Virus record (IMG/VR): IMGVR_UViG_3300048599_000734 | Span: 1 to 25,448 of that record | Source of the DNA: a virus | Taxonomy: Duplodnaviria > Caudoviricetes | Strand: one strand, 5' to 3' | DNA: 25,448 nucleotides | In this document: positions 17,188 to 25,241 of the stretch, in pieces | Numbering within the stretch: position 1 is the first letter of the stretch | Layout of the letters: each line of letters begins with the position of its first letter | The notes under the pieces: generated by a model | Database searches by the model: none | Told to the model about the DNA's origin: nothing | Seen by the model: the letters and a program-made list of their open reading frames with translations, nothing else | Position numbers and translations under genes: made by a program

Positions 17188-17358
17188 TTACCTATCATAA
17201 AACGTATCTTCAGCGCTTAGTATTTTTGTATGACAATAGGGACATTTATTGTTATCTCCGCCCAGAAACTTAAAGCCCCAAATGGAAAAACTTTCTTTCC
17301 CACATATTGGGCAAATTATAATTGCTGGTTCACAATACGTCTCAAAGATAATTTTCAT
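17188..17358 (-). CDS. 56-aa zinc-ribbon protein
   Basis: Not in the ORF track. MKIIFETYCEPAIIICPICGKESFSIWGFKFLGGDNNKCPYCHTKILSAEDTFYDR; AAGGTGA RBS; fills the gap. Confidence 0.7.
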   Translation of the reverse strand: MKIIFETYCEPAIIICPICGKESFSIWGFKFLGGDNNKCPYCHTKILSAEDTFYDR

Positions 17359-17375
17359 ATTTCACCTTTTCCTGC

Positions 17376-17654
17376 TTATGCGTATTTCTCAATTTTGAAC
17401 GCTTGATTCGTTTTCGGCACCCATGAAAATGTAACCGGTAAGTCACCAGGATTATCTATCACGCAATCACAAGTGTGTAGCCTAAACGCTTGTTCTATCG
17501 CCTCTTCAGAAAAATCTGAAACAATATAACGAATCTCACTCCATGCCACAGGGATTTCAACTCCCATAGGTGATTTTCTAACGACTTGCCCTGCGTATCG
17601 TCCGCTCGTGGATTTGTAACAATCTCTCGGCATAATAATCATGTGTCTACTCAT
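17376..17654 (-). CDS. Hypothetical protein
   Basis: 92 aa, GGGAGG RBS. Confidence 0.7.
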   Translation of the reverse strand: MSRHMIIMPRDCYKSTSGRYAGQVVRKSPMGVEIPVAWSEIRYIVSDFSEEAIEQAFRLHTCDCVIDNPGDLPVTFSWVPKTNQAFKIEKYA

Positions 17655-17684
17655 TTTAATCCTCCCTTACTTCGACTACTTTAC

Positions 17685-17840
17685 CTATTCCGAATCTTTG
17701 GTAACCAAGATTATTTCATCCCTAGTAATCCGAATTTTTGAAATGGGTAAGGTTTTTTCGTTTATTTCGATAACCACATCTTTGTCTTGGTTTGATTCCC
17801 TCGTTGCTGTGTGTACAGTTTTGGTCAGTATTCCGTCCAT
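17685..17840 (-). CDS. 51-aa hypothetical protein
   Basis: Not in the track. MDGILTKTVHTATRESNQDKDVVIEINEKTLPISKIRITRDEIILVTKDSE; GGGAGGG RBS. Confidence 0.6.
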   Translation of the reverse strand: MDGILTKTVHTATRESNQDKDVVIEINEKTLPISKIRITRDEIILVTKDSE

Positions 17841-17864
17841 TTCAATCCCTCCCAATCTATAAAA

Positions 17865-18020
17865 TCAATCCTTTCTCGTTGCGCATATTTTAAATTTTGC
17901 GCAGCAGTCATCCTTTTTAACATGCTTATGCTTTATTGTACAAACAGCCGTAAAACCTTCCTCGCAAACAACACAGATGCATTCATCGCACCATTTACAT
18001 ATTTCACATCTGGCAACCAT
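17865..18020 (-). CDS. 51-aa Cys-rich protein
   Basis: Not in the track. MVARCEICKWCDECICVVCEEGFTAVCTIKHKHVKKDDCCAKFKICATRKD; GGGAGG RBS. Confidence 0.65.
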   Translation of the reverse strand: MVARCEICKWCDECICVVCEEGFTAVCTIKHKHVKKDDCCAKFKICATRKD

Positions 18021-18032
18021 CTGAGATCCTCC

Positions 18033-18176
18033 CTAGTCTCTATCCAGCTTGCGGCATAGCTGCCGGCACAATATAAAAATCTCTCGCACATATTCGCGGC
18101 TGGATCGCCTGCCGAAGGCGATCCGGTTGGCCTTGATATCGGCTGTGACCATATCAAGCAATTTTTTAGTATCCAT
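18033..18176 (-). CDS. 47-aa basic hypothetical protein
   Basis: Not in the track. MDTKKLLDMVTADIKANRIAFGRRSSREYVREIFILCRQLCRKLDRD; AGGAGG RBS inside the end of the kinase gene. Confidence 0.6.
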   Translation of the reverse strand: MDTKKLLDMVTADIKANRIAFGRRSSREYVREIFILCRQLCRKLDRD

Positions 18177-18756
18177 GCTGGCCTCCTGTGCATTCCAGAT
18201 CCCCAAGGGACTGTATGATCTGGCGCACCAGCTCGATCACGTTCTCAGCCGAGTTGTTCGCGTCGACCACCCAATCGCACCGGAGCCGTTTGAAAGCTTC
18301 CCGGTCATATCCGACCCTTCGGCCGACATCCAGCATACTGCGACCCTGGTCCTGCATCCGGAAGATCCGTTCCTCTTTGTCAACCTTCAGGTATATGATG
18401 ACAATAGCAGCATCGGCGACATTCCTGCGGAGCATTTCAACGCCATCCGGATCGACAACGTAGATGCTCACGCCCTTGCCGTGATACTGGTCTCGCACCG
18501 CCCAGTAATGATTGTTGTCATAATGCTTGTAGGCGACGATATACCCAGGTATGCCCTGATGCTCCTGCAGGAGGGCTTCAGCCACAAACAAGTGACCCCA
18601 TTCGTTGATCTCCCGCTGCGGCCGGGTGGTGTAGGAGTGGATAACATTGTAATGCTCGCCCTCCAGGGCCTTTGCTATGGTGGATTTGCCGGAGCCGCTT
18701 TCTCCGACCAGGCAGATGATTGTGTCTTCAGCTATTTTCATAAGTCCGTTTTTCAT
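18166..18756 (-). CDS. Guanylate kinase-like P-loop NMP kinase
   Basis: ICLVGESGSGKST, SYTTRPQR, YVVDPDGV, ERIFRMQDQG. Confidence 0.85.
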   Translation of the reverse strand: MKNGLMKIAEDTIICLVGESGSGKSTIAKALEGEHYNVIHSYTTRPQREINEWGHLFVAEALLQEHQGIPGYIVAYKHYDNNHYWAVRDQYHGKGVSIYVVDPDGVEMLRRNVADAAIVIIYLKVDKEERIFRMQDQGRSMLDVGRRVGYDREAFKRLRCDWVVDANNSAENVIELVRQIIQSLGDLECTGGQHGY

Positions 18757-19076
18757 ATCGCGATTCCTCCGTTATCCGCATTTTTCTTTTGCTGCATGAT
18801 TTTTGCCGCCGCCCGCCGGAACCGGTGTGGCAGCTCCAGGACAGTGACCAGGATCTCACCGGAGAAGATATAGACTTTGTCGGCATAGATCCGGATGTTG
18901 TTGGCCGTTTCGTTGTAAAAATACTGCGCCGTTATGTATTTATTCAGTGCTCCGGTAGTTTCGCAGTGTCTGATTCCCTGGTCAAAAGCCATCTTGGCAA
19001 TCCGGGCAACGGATTTTTTCGGAACCCCGCAGCGGCTTCGGATTCGCTTGTTTCCGTGATTGGATACCCTTACCAT
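18753..19076 (-). CDS. Hypothetical basic phage protein
   Basis: 107 aa, GAGGAGG RBS; SNHGNKRIRSR...YIFSGEILVTV. Confidence 0.75.
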   Translation of the reverse strand: MVRVSNHGNKRIRSRCGVPKKSVARIAKMAFDQGIRHCETTGALNKYITAQYFYNETANNIRIYADKVYIFSGEILVTVLELPHRFRRAAAKIMQQKKNADNGGIAI

Positions 19077-19102
19077 ATCACGACCTCCTCACATTAATGT
19101 CC

Positions 19103-19576
19103 TTACGACCGGCGGGCAGCCTTCATTCCGGATTGGCTTGCCTGCAGCCCCTTGAGTCCCTCAATGACGCGCCATGCCTGCGCGGCGTTCAAAAAGTTGA
19201 TGCTGTCCACGCCGGCATATTTCCGCAGGAAGCCCTGCAACCGCTGTTCAAGCTGAACCGCCGCAGGCTCCGGATCATGCTTCCGAATTTCAAACATCAG
19301 CGCCCATATCTTTGCTTTCTGGGCCTGGGTAGCTCTGTTTGGGATATCCGTGGCGGCGGTCCTGGCCTTTGCGACCCGGCCGGCACCCTTCATGCCGGAT
19401 TTCAGCCTGTCAATTATTTGTATGGCCTCCAGGCTGGTCAGATCGGACACATGGCTTTTGCCGGCCATGGCTTCGATCATTTCATGCAGGGTATCCCTGG
19501 AGGCCAGCCTGTCGACTAGGCCCAATTCCTGGGCCAGCGTATAGATAATCTTGATCTGCTCCTTTGATATCTTCAC
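19103..19576 (-). CDS. gemA: GemA-like regulatory protein (Mu gp16/DUF1018)
   Basis: QIKIIYTLAQELGL...GKSHVSDLT...LQGFLRKYAGVDSINFL...AWRVIEGLK. Confidence 0.85.
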   Translation of the reverse strand: MKISKEQIKIIYTLAQELGLVDRLASRDTLHEMIEAMAGKSHVSDLTSLEAIQIIDRLKSGMKGAGRVAKARTAATDIPNRATQAQKAKIWALMFEIRKHDPEPAAVQLEQRLQGFLRKYAGVDSINFLNAAQAWRVIEGLKGLQASQSGMKAARRS

Positions 19577-19599
19577 CCGCGATTCCCTCCCCTTGAGAC

Positions 19600-19624
19600 G
19601 GAGGGCGGCACCGCGCCGCCCTCC
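19600..19624. repeat. Perfect 10-bp GC-rich inverted repeat upstream of gemA
   Basis: GGAGGGCGGC-ACCGC-GCCGCCCTCC. Confidence 0.8.
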
Positions 19625-19630
19625 TAGTGA

Positions 19631-19879
19631 TCAAATCTTTTCAACCTGCAGAACCACCCTGTACCGGCACCGCTTATCGACGGACCCGCAGAGCTCCGTA
19701 AATTCCGCCAGCACCTTGTTCAACTCTTTGCCCTGAAGGCTATCCTTTGACACGATCAGCGCCGGCGGCATTTCATTCGGATTGGCAGGATGGCTTGCCG
19801 CCTGCTTATAGTTCTTGCGGACCTTCTGCGGCGTATTGGCGTATATAGTGGCCGGCGTTAACTTGTTTTTCCCGTTCAT
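19631..19879 (-). CDS. Hypothetical protein
   Basis: 82 aa, ATGA overlap with gam stop. Confidence 0.6.
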   Translation of the reverse strand: MNGKNKLTPATIYANTPQKVRKNYKQAASHPANPNEMPPALIVSKDSLQGKELNKVLAEFTELCGSVDKRCRYRVVLQVEKI

Positions 19880-20367
19880 CCGCCGATCCTTTCCTCGGAA
19901 ACCTTATAGAAAAATGCGTCCCCGACCTGACGTTTTGCGCCGACCTTCAGAATGGACTCGTCGTCATAATCCGCCAGTTTTTCCTTGTTCAGCTTCTCTG
20001 TGACGTCAATGCAGTCGGTCATTTTGTTCTGCTTCAGCGCCTCAATGATCGCCTTGACATTCCGGGTGATAATTCCGGTACGCTTCCGGAAGCCGACTTC
20101 ACCGAACAGGAGCTTACGGGATTTCTGGGTTTTAAAATCGTCGATGTGCTCCTCGGTCCATGCCTGCACGTCCTTTTCAAGTGCTTCCTTCCGCTGCTGG
20201 AGGCCCTTTGTCTTATCCTCTGCTGTTGCCTTCACCAGGTTGATGGTCTCATTCATGTCCGCCGTGATAATGGTTACCTTGCGGTCAATCTCTCCGATTT
20301 CCTTTAACGCCTGATCTACCTGGTCCCAGTTTTCGAACGTGGAAGTGATTTTCTTGGGCTTTGCCAT
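19876..20367 (-). CDS. gam: Mu Gam-like host-nuclease inhibitor
   Basis: WDQVDQALKEIGEI, long coiled coil, KSRKLLFGEVGFRK, LNKEKL, DAFFY. Start moved to MAKPKK. Confidence 0.9.
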   Translation of the reverse strand: MAKPKKITSTFENWDQVDQALKEIGEIDRKVTIITADMNETINLVKATAEDKTKGLQQRKEALEKDVQAWTEEHIDDFKTQKSRKLLFGEVGFRKRTGIITRNVKAIIEALKQNKMTDCIDVTEKLNKEKLADYDDESILKVGAKRQVGDAFFYKVSEERIGG

Positions 20368-20368
20368 C

Positions 20369-20521
20369 TCAGTCATCCTTTCTTCTATAGTCCAGCATAA
20401 TGCTGTTGTTTGCCTGCAGGATTCGGACGAAACGCATTTTGCGTTCGCGCTCCTGCCGGACCTGCTGCCGGTACGCTCCGTCAACCAGGCATCTAAACCA
20501 TTGCAGCGCGCGTCTGTTCAT
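20369..20521 (-). CDS. 50-aa basic hypothetical protein
   Basis: MNRRALQWFR...; AGGAGG RBS; fills the gap before gam. Confidence 0.55.
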   Translation of the reverse strand: MNRRALQWFRCLVDGAYRQQVRQERERKMRFVRILQANNSIMLDYRRKDD

Positions 20522-21470
20522 GATGGCCTCCTGTGGCAGCGGCCACGCCGTTATTTTTGTCCAGGATCGTGAGCAGCTCGTCCAGTTCCATGATGAGATC
20601 CGGAATGTCATCCGGCTGGATGTCCAGAAACAGGTTGTTGTTCTGCCTGTTCATGATCAGCACCTTGCCGGCACAAATGGAGTAATCTGCGAGGCTGCCG
20701 CGCAGATGTGTCGCCACAAGGCGCTTTTTTACCTCCAGCATCATCGCCGGGATAGTGGATACATCCTCTGCCGGCATTTCCGGCATTTGCCCATGACCGG
20801 TCCGGAGCCACTCCTCGTCGATACCGAATTCAAGACTAATAAGGTGAAACAATGCGTCAGAAGGTAAGTCCTTCGAAGCTTCAATATTGCAAATATGGGA
20901 GCGTGATACTTTTATTCTCTTGCCAAATTGCTCCATGGTCAGATCAAGCAGGTTCCGAAGATACTTGATCCGTGGACCGATAGGATTATTGGCTTCCGCT
21001 TCGTTTTCTTTGACAGCTTCTTCAGCGAGAGCTTCCGCCTGTTTCCCGTGTTTCTTCGCAGGGCTTTGCATTCCAAGTACTTCGTATATGCCGAGGCTCT
21101 CAAGGTATGCTTTCACCCTGGGCAGCGACAACTGAAACGTCCTTACTGCCTCGCGCATGGAATCGTCGCTGATCCCCTTCTCGTGGAAATGCTGGATAAA
21201 ACTCATTTTGTTTTCATCTGTCATACGTGCCATCCAATCATAACCTCCCTTATCGTTTTTACTGGTAATTCTGATTTTTGCCTTTCCTGTCCGAGCCTTG
21301 TCCCTAATACTCGCCAGGTCAAGAGTTGTCGTATAGTTTCCGTTCGTCGCTATCACGAAAGGCTTGCCCGGCATCACCTGCAGGACCAGGTACTCCACAA
21401 CGTTTGTAAACCCCGTGGTATTTCGTCTTTTGTAGGCTATCTGAATTAAATCACCTGCCTTTATGGCCAT
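20493..21470 (-). CDS. Multidomain protein with internal XRE-family HTH
   Basis: aa 164-229 IGPRIKYLRNLLDLTMEQFGKRIKVSRSHICNIEAS...FGIDEEWLRTGHGQM. Confidence 0.75.
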   Translation of the reverse strand: MAIKAGDLIQIAYKRRNTTGFTNVVEYLVLQVMPGKPFVIATNGNYTTTLDLASIRDKARTGKAKIRITSKNDKGGYDWMARMTDENKMSFIQHFHEKGISDDSMREAVRTFQLSLPRVKAYLESLGIYEVLGMQSPAKKHGKQAEALAEEAVKENEAEANNPIGPRIKYLRNLLDLTMEQFGKRIKVSRSHICNIEASKDLPSDALFHLISLEFGIDEEWLRTGHGQMPEMPAEDVSTIPAMMLEVKKRLVATHLRGSLADYSICAGKVLIMNRQNNNLFLDIQPDDIPDLIMELDELLTILDKNNGVAAATGGHHEQTRAAMV

Positions 21471-21482
21471 ATTTCACACACC

Positions 21483-21683
21483 TCATTCCAGCCAGTCGGC
21501 TACACGGCTTTCAATATATTGGGGTCCGTAACCGTTCTGCAGGTACTGCCGGAGCATCAATATGGATACGCCGAGCTGCCTGGCCATATCGAATTCCGTC
21601 AAGCGGCACCTGCGCATTTCGGCCTTCAGGAGGGTGCAATTGTCCGCTCGTTTCACCTGGGTTCCGTACATCAGGGCATTCAT
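21483..21683 (-). CDS. Small HTH protein
   Basis: LKAEMRRCRLTEFDMARQLGVSILMLRQYLQNG. Start moved to ATG 21683 (AAAGGCGG upstream) to avoid overlap with the ATPase. Confidence 0.65.
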   Translation of the reverse strand: MNALMYGTQVKRADNCTLLKAEMRRCRLTEFDMARQLGVSILMLRQYLQNGYGPQYIESRVADWLE

Positions 21684-21712
21684 GGTTTCCGCCTTTCTGC
21701 CGGCGATGAAGC

Positions 21713-22672
21713 TTACAGCATCATCATTCGGCTTGCTTTCGAAATAATGTCCAGGGTGACTTCCTGGCAATCCGGCAGCTCCTGGAGGAGGCGCACGATG
21801 TTCTTCAGTGTGCGGTCCAGCAAGCGGAAGCAACCTGTCTGGCCGTTTGTCGCCCGCTGGATCATCTCTTCCATCGCTGCCGGCTGAAAATTTAGGCCGG
21901 TCAGGTATTGCTCGACCTCTTTACGGGACAGCCCTTTCAGGTTTGCGTAGAAGTCGACACGGTTTGCGAAGCGGGGAAGGTAGGACTTGATCATCGCTTC
22001 CAGCTTCGGCTCTCCGGCAATGATCAGCCCGACGTCAGACTGATCAAAAATAGAACGCAGGATCTCCATCTTCTTTTGGGTATACTTGTTCAACAGCTTG
22101 TCCGCCTCGTCAATGATGAGCAAATAGCCCTTGTTGGTGTTGAAAAACTTCTTGATCTGCTTGGTGCGCTTGGATATGGTTCCGTAGGTGGTCGGAATCC
22201 CGATGGCGTCCTCAATGCCTTCCACCAGATCCCGGCTGCCCATACTGTCGTCGCATTCGATATAACAAACGCGCTCGGCGGCAGATGCATAATGCTTGAG
22301 GGCATAGGTTTTCCCGTACCCGGAACGGCCGACAACCACGCCCAGTGACATGTATTCCTGGCAGGACTGACATACTCCGATGATGTTGTTTGCATCCTGG
22401 GTCTGTGAAAGTGCGCTTGCGGGTTTGAAAGCCTTCCTGGAATCCGCTTTGTCATCCGTGGCCCCGGAATCCCTCAGAAATCCGATCAGGACCTTTTCGA
22501 TGTTCTCCGGGTTGGAGCCATATTTGCCGGCAAGATACTGGGAGATTGATGTGCGGGAAAGGCCGCACTTCTCCGCCAGTTCGGTGATGGACATTTCTGT
22601 CCTCGCAAGATAGGCTTTTGTGGTCGTTGCCACATCTTCCTTCAGGTTGTAGATTTTCGCCGTGTTTTCCAT
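21713..22672 (-). CDS. MuB-like transposition AAA+ ATPase
   Basis: N-terminal HTH (SITELAEKCGLSRTSISQYLAGKY), Walker A GRSGYGKT, Walker B LLIIDEAD; follows transposase. Confidence 0.93.
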   Translation of the reverse strand: MENTAKIYNLKEDVATTTKAYLARTEMSITELAEKCGLSRTSISQYLAGKYGSNPENIEKVLIGFLRDSGATDDKADSRKAFKPASALSQTQDANNIIGVCQSCQEYMSLGVVVGRSGYGKTYALKHYASAAERVCYIECDDSMGSRDLVEGIEDAIGIPTTYGTISKRTKQIKKFFNTNKGYLLIIDEADKLLNKYTQKKMEILRSIFDQSDVGLIIAGEPKLEAMIKSYLPRFANRVDFYANLKGLSRKEVEQYLTGLNFQPAAMEEMIQRATNGQTGCFRLLDRTLKNIVRLLQELPDCQEVTLDIISKASRMMML

Positions 22673-22691
22673 AAATATATACCCCCCTCTT

Positions 22692-24806
22692 TTAGTTGGC
22701 TTGCTTGGTCTTTTTATAGAACTTCTCCGCCTGCGCGGCGTAGAATTCGTTCACATCGTCCTCCTGGTGCTTGGCCTTTTTGCTCTTCATTTCATCCCTG
22801 TACTGCTTGTCCTTCGGCATGGAAACGACCTGCTGCGGTTCGTCCTTCAGGCCCGGAAGGAGGACCTTCCTGTCCTTTGAATCCGTCCTGGCCGCGATCC
22901 GTTCCTCATACGGCGTGCGCAGCTGCTTAAGCGATTCGCGCGTCCGCTTGATCTGCCGATTCTGCTCCATCATGTGCTCCTTCAGACGAGCGTCATCATG
23001 GCCGGCAATCGGGTCAAGCCCTTCATAACTGCTGACCTCGCAAATTTTCTCACCATTTTTGTCATAAACGAATATGTAATCCGGGTTCATGGGATTGTAC
23101 CGGATATTGACCCATTGTCCGAAGTGCGGAGCCAGCAGCTCATGCTGGAAGTGCCTCTTGTTGGCGATGATTCCCATGGGCGTGACCTTCCTGGCTTCGC
23201 ATTCCATCAGCATGGTGAGGGTATGCTCCAGCGGGGGAGCCGGTTTGTAGTACCGATCCGCTGTAGTGAAAACATCCATCGGGATCGGGCTTTCCTCGTT
23301 CTGCTTTCTCAGGCCCTCATGCTCCCGGACATGGTAAACGGTATTCAAAAAGTACTCGAAGCGCTCCGCTACTTCCTCAATGGTCGGCAGCTCTCCGCGC
23401 TTGAACATACCCTTGATGTCTTTTTTGACTTTTGCCTCGGTCTTGGAGCCTGTCAAAGTGCCGGTATATGAGGCAAACCAGGAAGAAAACTCTGTGCATA
23501 GGGTTCCGAAGAAGCGTTCGATTTGTGCTTTCGTCCATCCCTGGTACGGGAGGCTGCGCTTGTCGGCTTCTATTTCGATGCTTTTGAAAAAGCCTTCGGT
23601 GGCACTGTCAACGGAGAACCGTTCCGTCCTCGGCCGGCCGGTCATCGTCTTGGATGTGAATTCCTTGCCGTTATCCAGAAGAAGATACCGAGGCACTCCG
23701 TCGATCCGGCTCCCGACCTTCGGGTGGATCATGTGCATGAGTACCTGCTTGATCGTTTCGGAGCAGGGGACTTCACAGACTGCCCAGCCCGGCAAGCAGC
23801 GGCTGCGCGTATCAATAAACGCGACCAGGTACGGCTTGATGACGGCCTGATGACCATTTTCACGGTCAACTGTGCACCAAAAGTCGAAGGTATGGCCGTC
23901 GCCCTGGACCAGTTCCATAACCTGCAAAGAGGCCGTATCCCGATAGCGTTTGATCATGTTGTTTCGCCGGAACTCGCGTATTCCCTTGGTTGCCAGGTCT
24001 TTTTCGTTCTTATGTTTTGCGTTGAGCTCATTTATGTACCGGTTCACCGTCTGATACGACGGCAGGGGATACCATCCCATCCGGAGGGCGTGTTCAGAGA
24101 AATATGCATAAGCCCGTTTTTGGTTTCTCCGGTTCTCTGAAAATGTTTTGTCAAACCAGATGTTTTCAATGCAGGATTTCATTTCCGCATTCAAGATCAC
24201 CGTATAAGCGGATTTCGGCTTCCTGCAGAGCGCCAGAATTTTATAGTAGTCGTAGTTTTTGCCGTCCGTATTCTTCATTTCCAGCGCCCAGGCAGATCCT
24301 TCGAAATATTGGTCAACTTTGCGTCTCAGGCTGCGGCCGCTCATGCCAAGCTTCGCCGCAAAAGCTTCGGTATACTCTGTCTTGTCGTCTCCGTCGTATG
24401 CCAGGTACTCCTTGATCCTACCGGCAAGAGCGATGGCTTCGTAGTATCGCGTTTCATTTTTTTGCAGGAATGCATTTAGGCTATATCCCACATACCATGC
24501 TTCATCCTCGTCGCCATCTGTGGACTTGGTGGAATCAATGTACAAGGAAATGTCGATAGGATATTTGTCGGCTAAATAATTCCTGCGACCAATTGGAGAT
24601 AAGGAGTTGGACGAGATAAGCAGTCTGTCCCACCCACCATTCTCAGAACGGCAGGTCTTTTTTGTATACTTCTCAGGACATCTACTAAGACTCTGATAAA
24701 GCGCCTTAATTTCTATCTCTTCATATTTTGCGAACTCTTTTGCAGTTAAAAAAGTTTCCTTCATTTCAACACCCATATAGCCTATCTTTTTCAATGCCGT
24801 TACCAT
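22692..24806 (-). CDS. MuA-like DDE transposase
   Basis: VQGDGHTFD, LLLDNGKEF, KAQIERFFGT catalytic motifs; PSYQTVNRY HTH; C-terminal VNIRYNP beta domain. Start may be ATG 24764. Confidence 0.95.
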   Translation of the reverse strand: MVTALKKIGYMGVEMKETFLTAKEFAKYEEIEIKALYQSLSRCPEKYTKKTCRSENGGWDRLLISSNSLSPIGRRNYLADKYPIDISLYIDSTKSTDGDEDEAWYVGYSLNAFLQKNETRYYEAIALAGRIKEYLAYDGDDKTEYTEAFAAKLGMSGRSLRRKVDQYFEGSAWALEMKNTDGKNYDYYKILALCRKPKSAYTVILNAEMKSCIENIWFDKTFSENRRNQKRAYAYFSEHALRMGWYPLPSYQTVNRYINELNAKHKNEKDLATKGIREFRRNNMIKRYRDTASLQVMELVQGDGHTFDFWCTVDRENGHQAVIKPYLVAFIDTRSRCLPGWAVCEVPCSETIKQVLMHMIHPKVGSRIDGVPRYLLLDNGKEFTSKTMTGRPRTERFSVDSATEGFFKSIEIEADKRSLPYQGWTKAQIERFFGTLCTEFSSWFASYTGTLTGSKTEAKVKKDIKGMFKRGELPTIEEVAERFEYFLNTVYHVREHEGLRKQNEESPIPMDVFTTADRYYKPAPPLEHTLTMLMECEARKVTPMGIIANKRHFQHELLAPHFGQWVNIRYNPMNPDYIFVYDKNGEKICEVSSYEGLDPIAGHDDARLKEHMMEQNRQIKRTRESLKQLRTPYEERIAARTDSKDRKVLLPGLKDEPQQVVSMPKDKQYRDEMKSKKAKHQEDDVNEFYAAQAEKFYKKTKQAN

Positions 24807-25178
24807 CTATTGTCCTAGCGATTTCCGGAGGCGTTCGACTGAATGTATAGTTTCGTCAATGGCGTCAATGCAATGATCAATAGTAATGAGAAGATGCGTT
24901 GTTTCCCGAAATGCTTTATTTGTAATGGATATTTTCTGATATTCAATAGTGCATTGGGGCTGCGTGCGATTCTCCAAAATAGACTTGTGAATAAAAATGC
25001 GGGCTTTTCCACCTTGTGCGGGTAAGCGCGTTTGAATCACGTATCTTTCAGGATGTCTGGATATATCTCTTGCTAAGGTATGATATTTTATCCCTAATCT
25101 ATCTGCAGCATCTTTGAGTGCAATAAAATCGTCCTGTTGAACAAAGTCATTAATTGGCTGCCTCGTTTTATTCATCAT
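24807..25178 (-). CDS. DNA-binding protein paralogous to the transposase N-terminal domain
   Basis: 16 of 53 identical residues, ungapped, to transposase aa 17-69 by hand alignment; GGAGGGAG RBS. Confidence 0.75.
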   Translation of the reverse strand: MMNKTRQPINDFVQQDDFIALKDAADRLGIKYHTLARDISRHPERYVIQTRLPAQGGKARIFIHKSILENRTQPQCTIEYQKISITNKAFRETTHLLITIDHCIDAIDETIHSVERLRKSLGQ

Positions 25179-25241
25179 TTAGTCACTCCCTCCATTTGCT
25201 TCATTATGATTAGCTATTTTTCCCGGCAGAGATAGATGAAC

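Noticed and set aside
17933-18193. 86-aa minus-strand ORF in the track
   Set aside because: Overlaps two shorter ORFs that have proper RBSs and tile the region.
18049-18873. 274-aa plus-strand ORF
   Set aside because: Antisense to the kinase gene.
22692-24806. Transposase plus ATPase as IS21, Tn7 or CAST element
   Set aside because: Embedded with gam, gemA, mor and virion genes; no tniQ, cas genes or terminal repeats seen.
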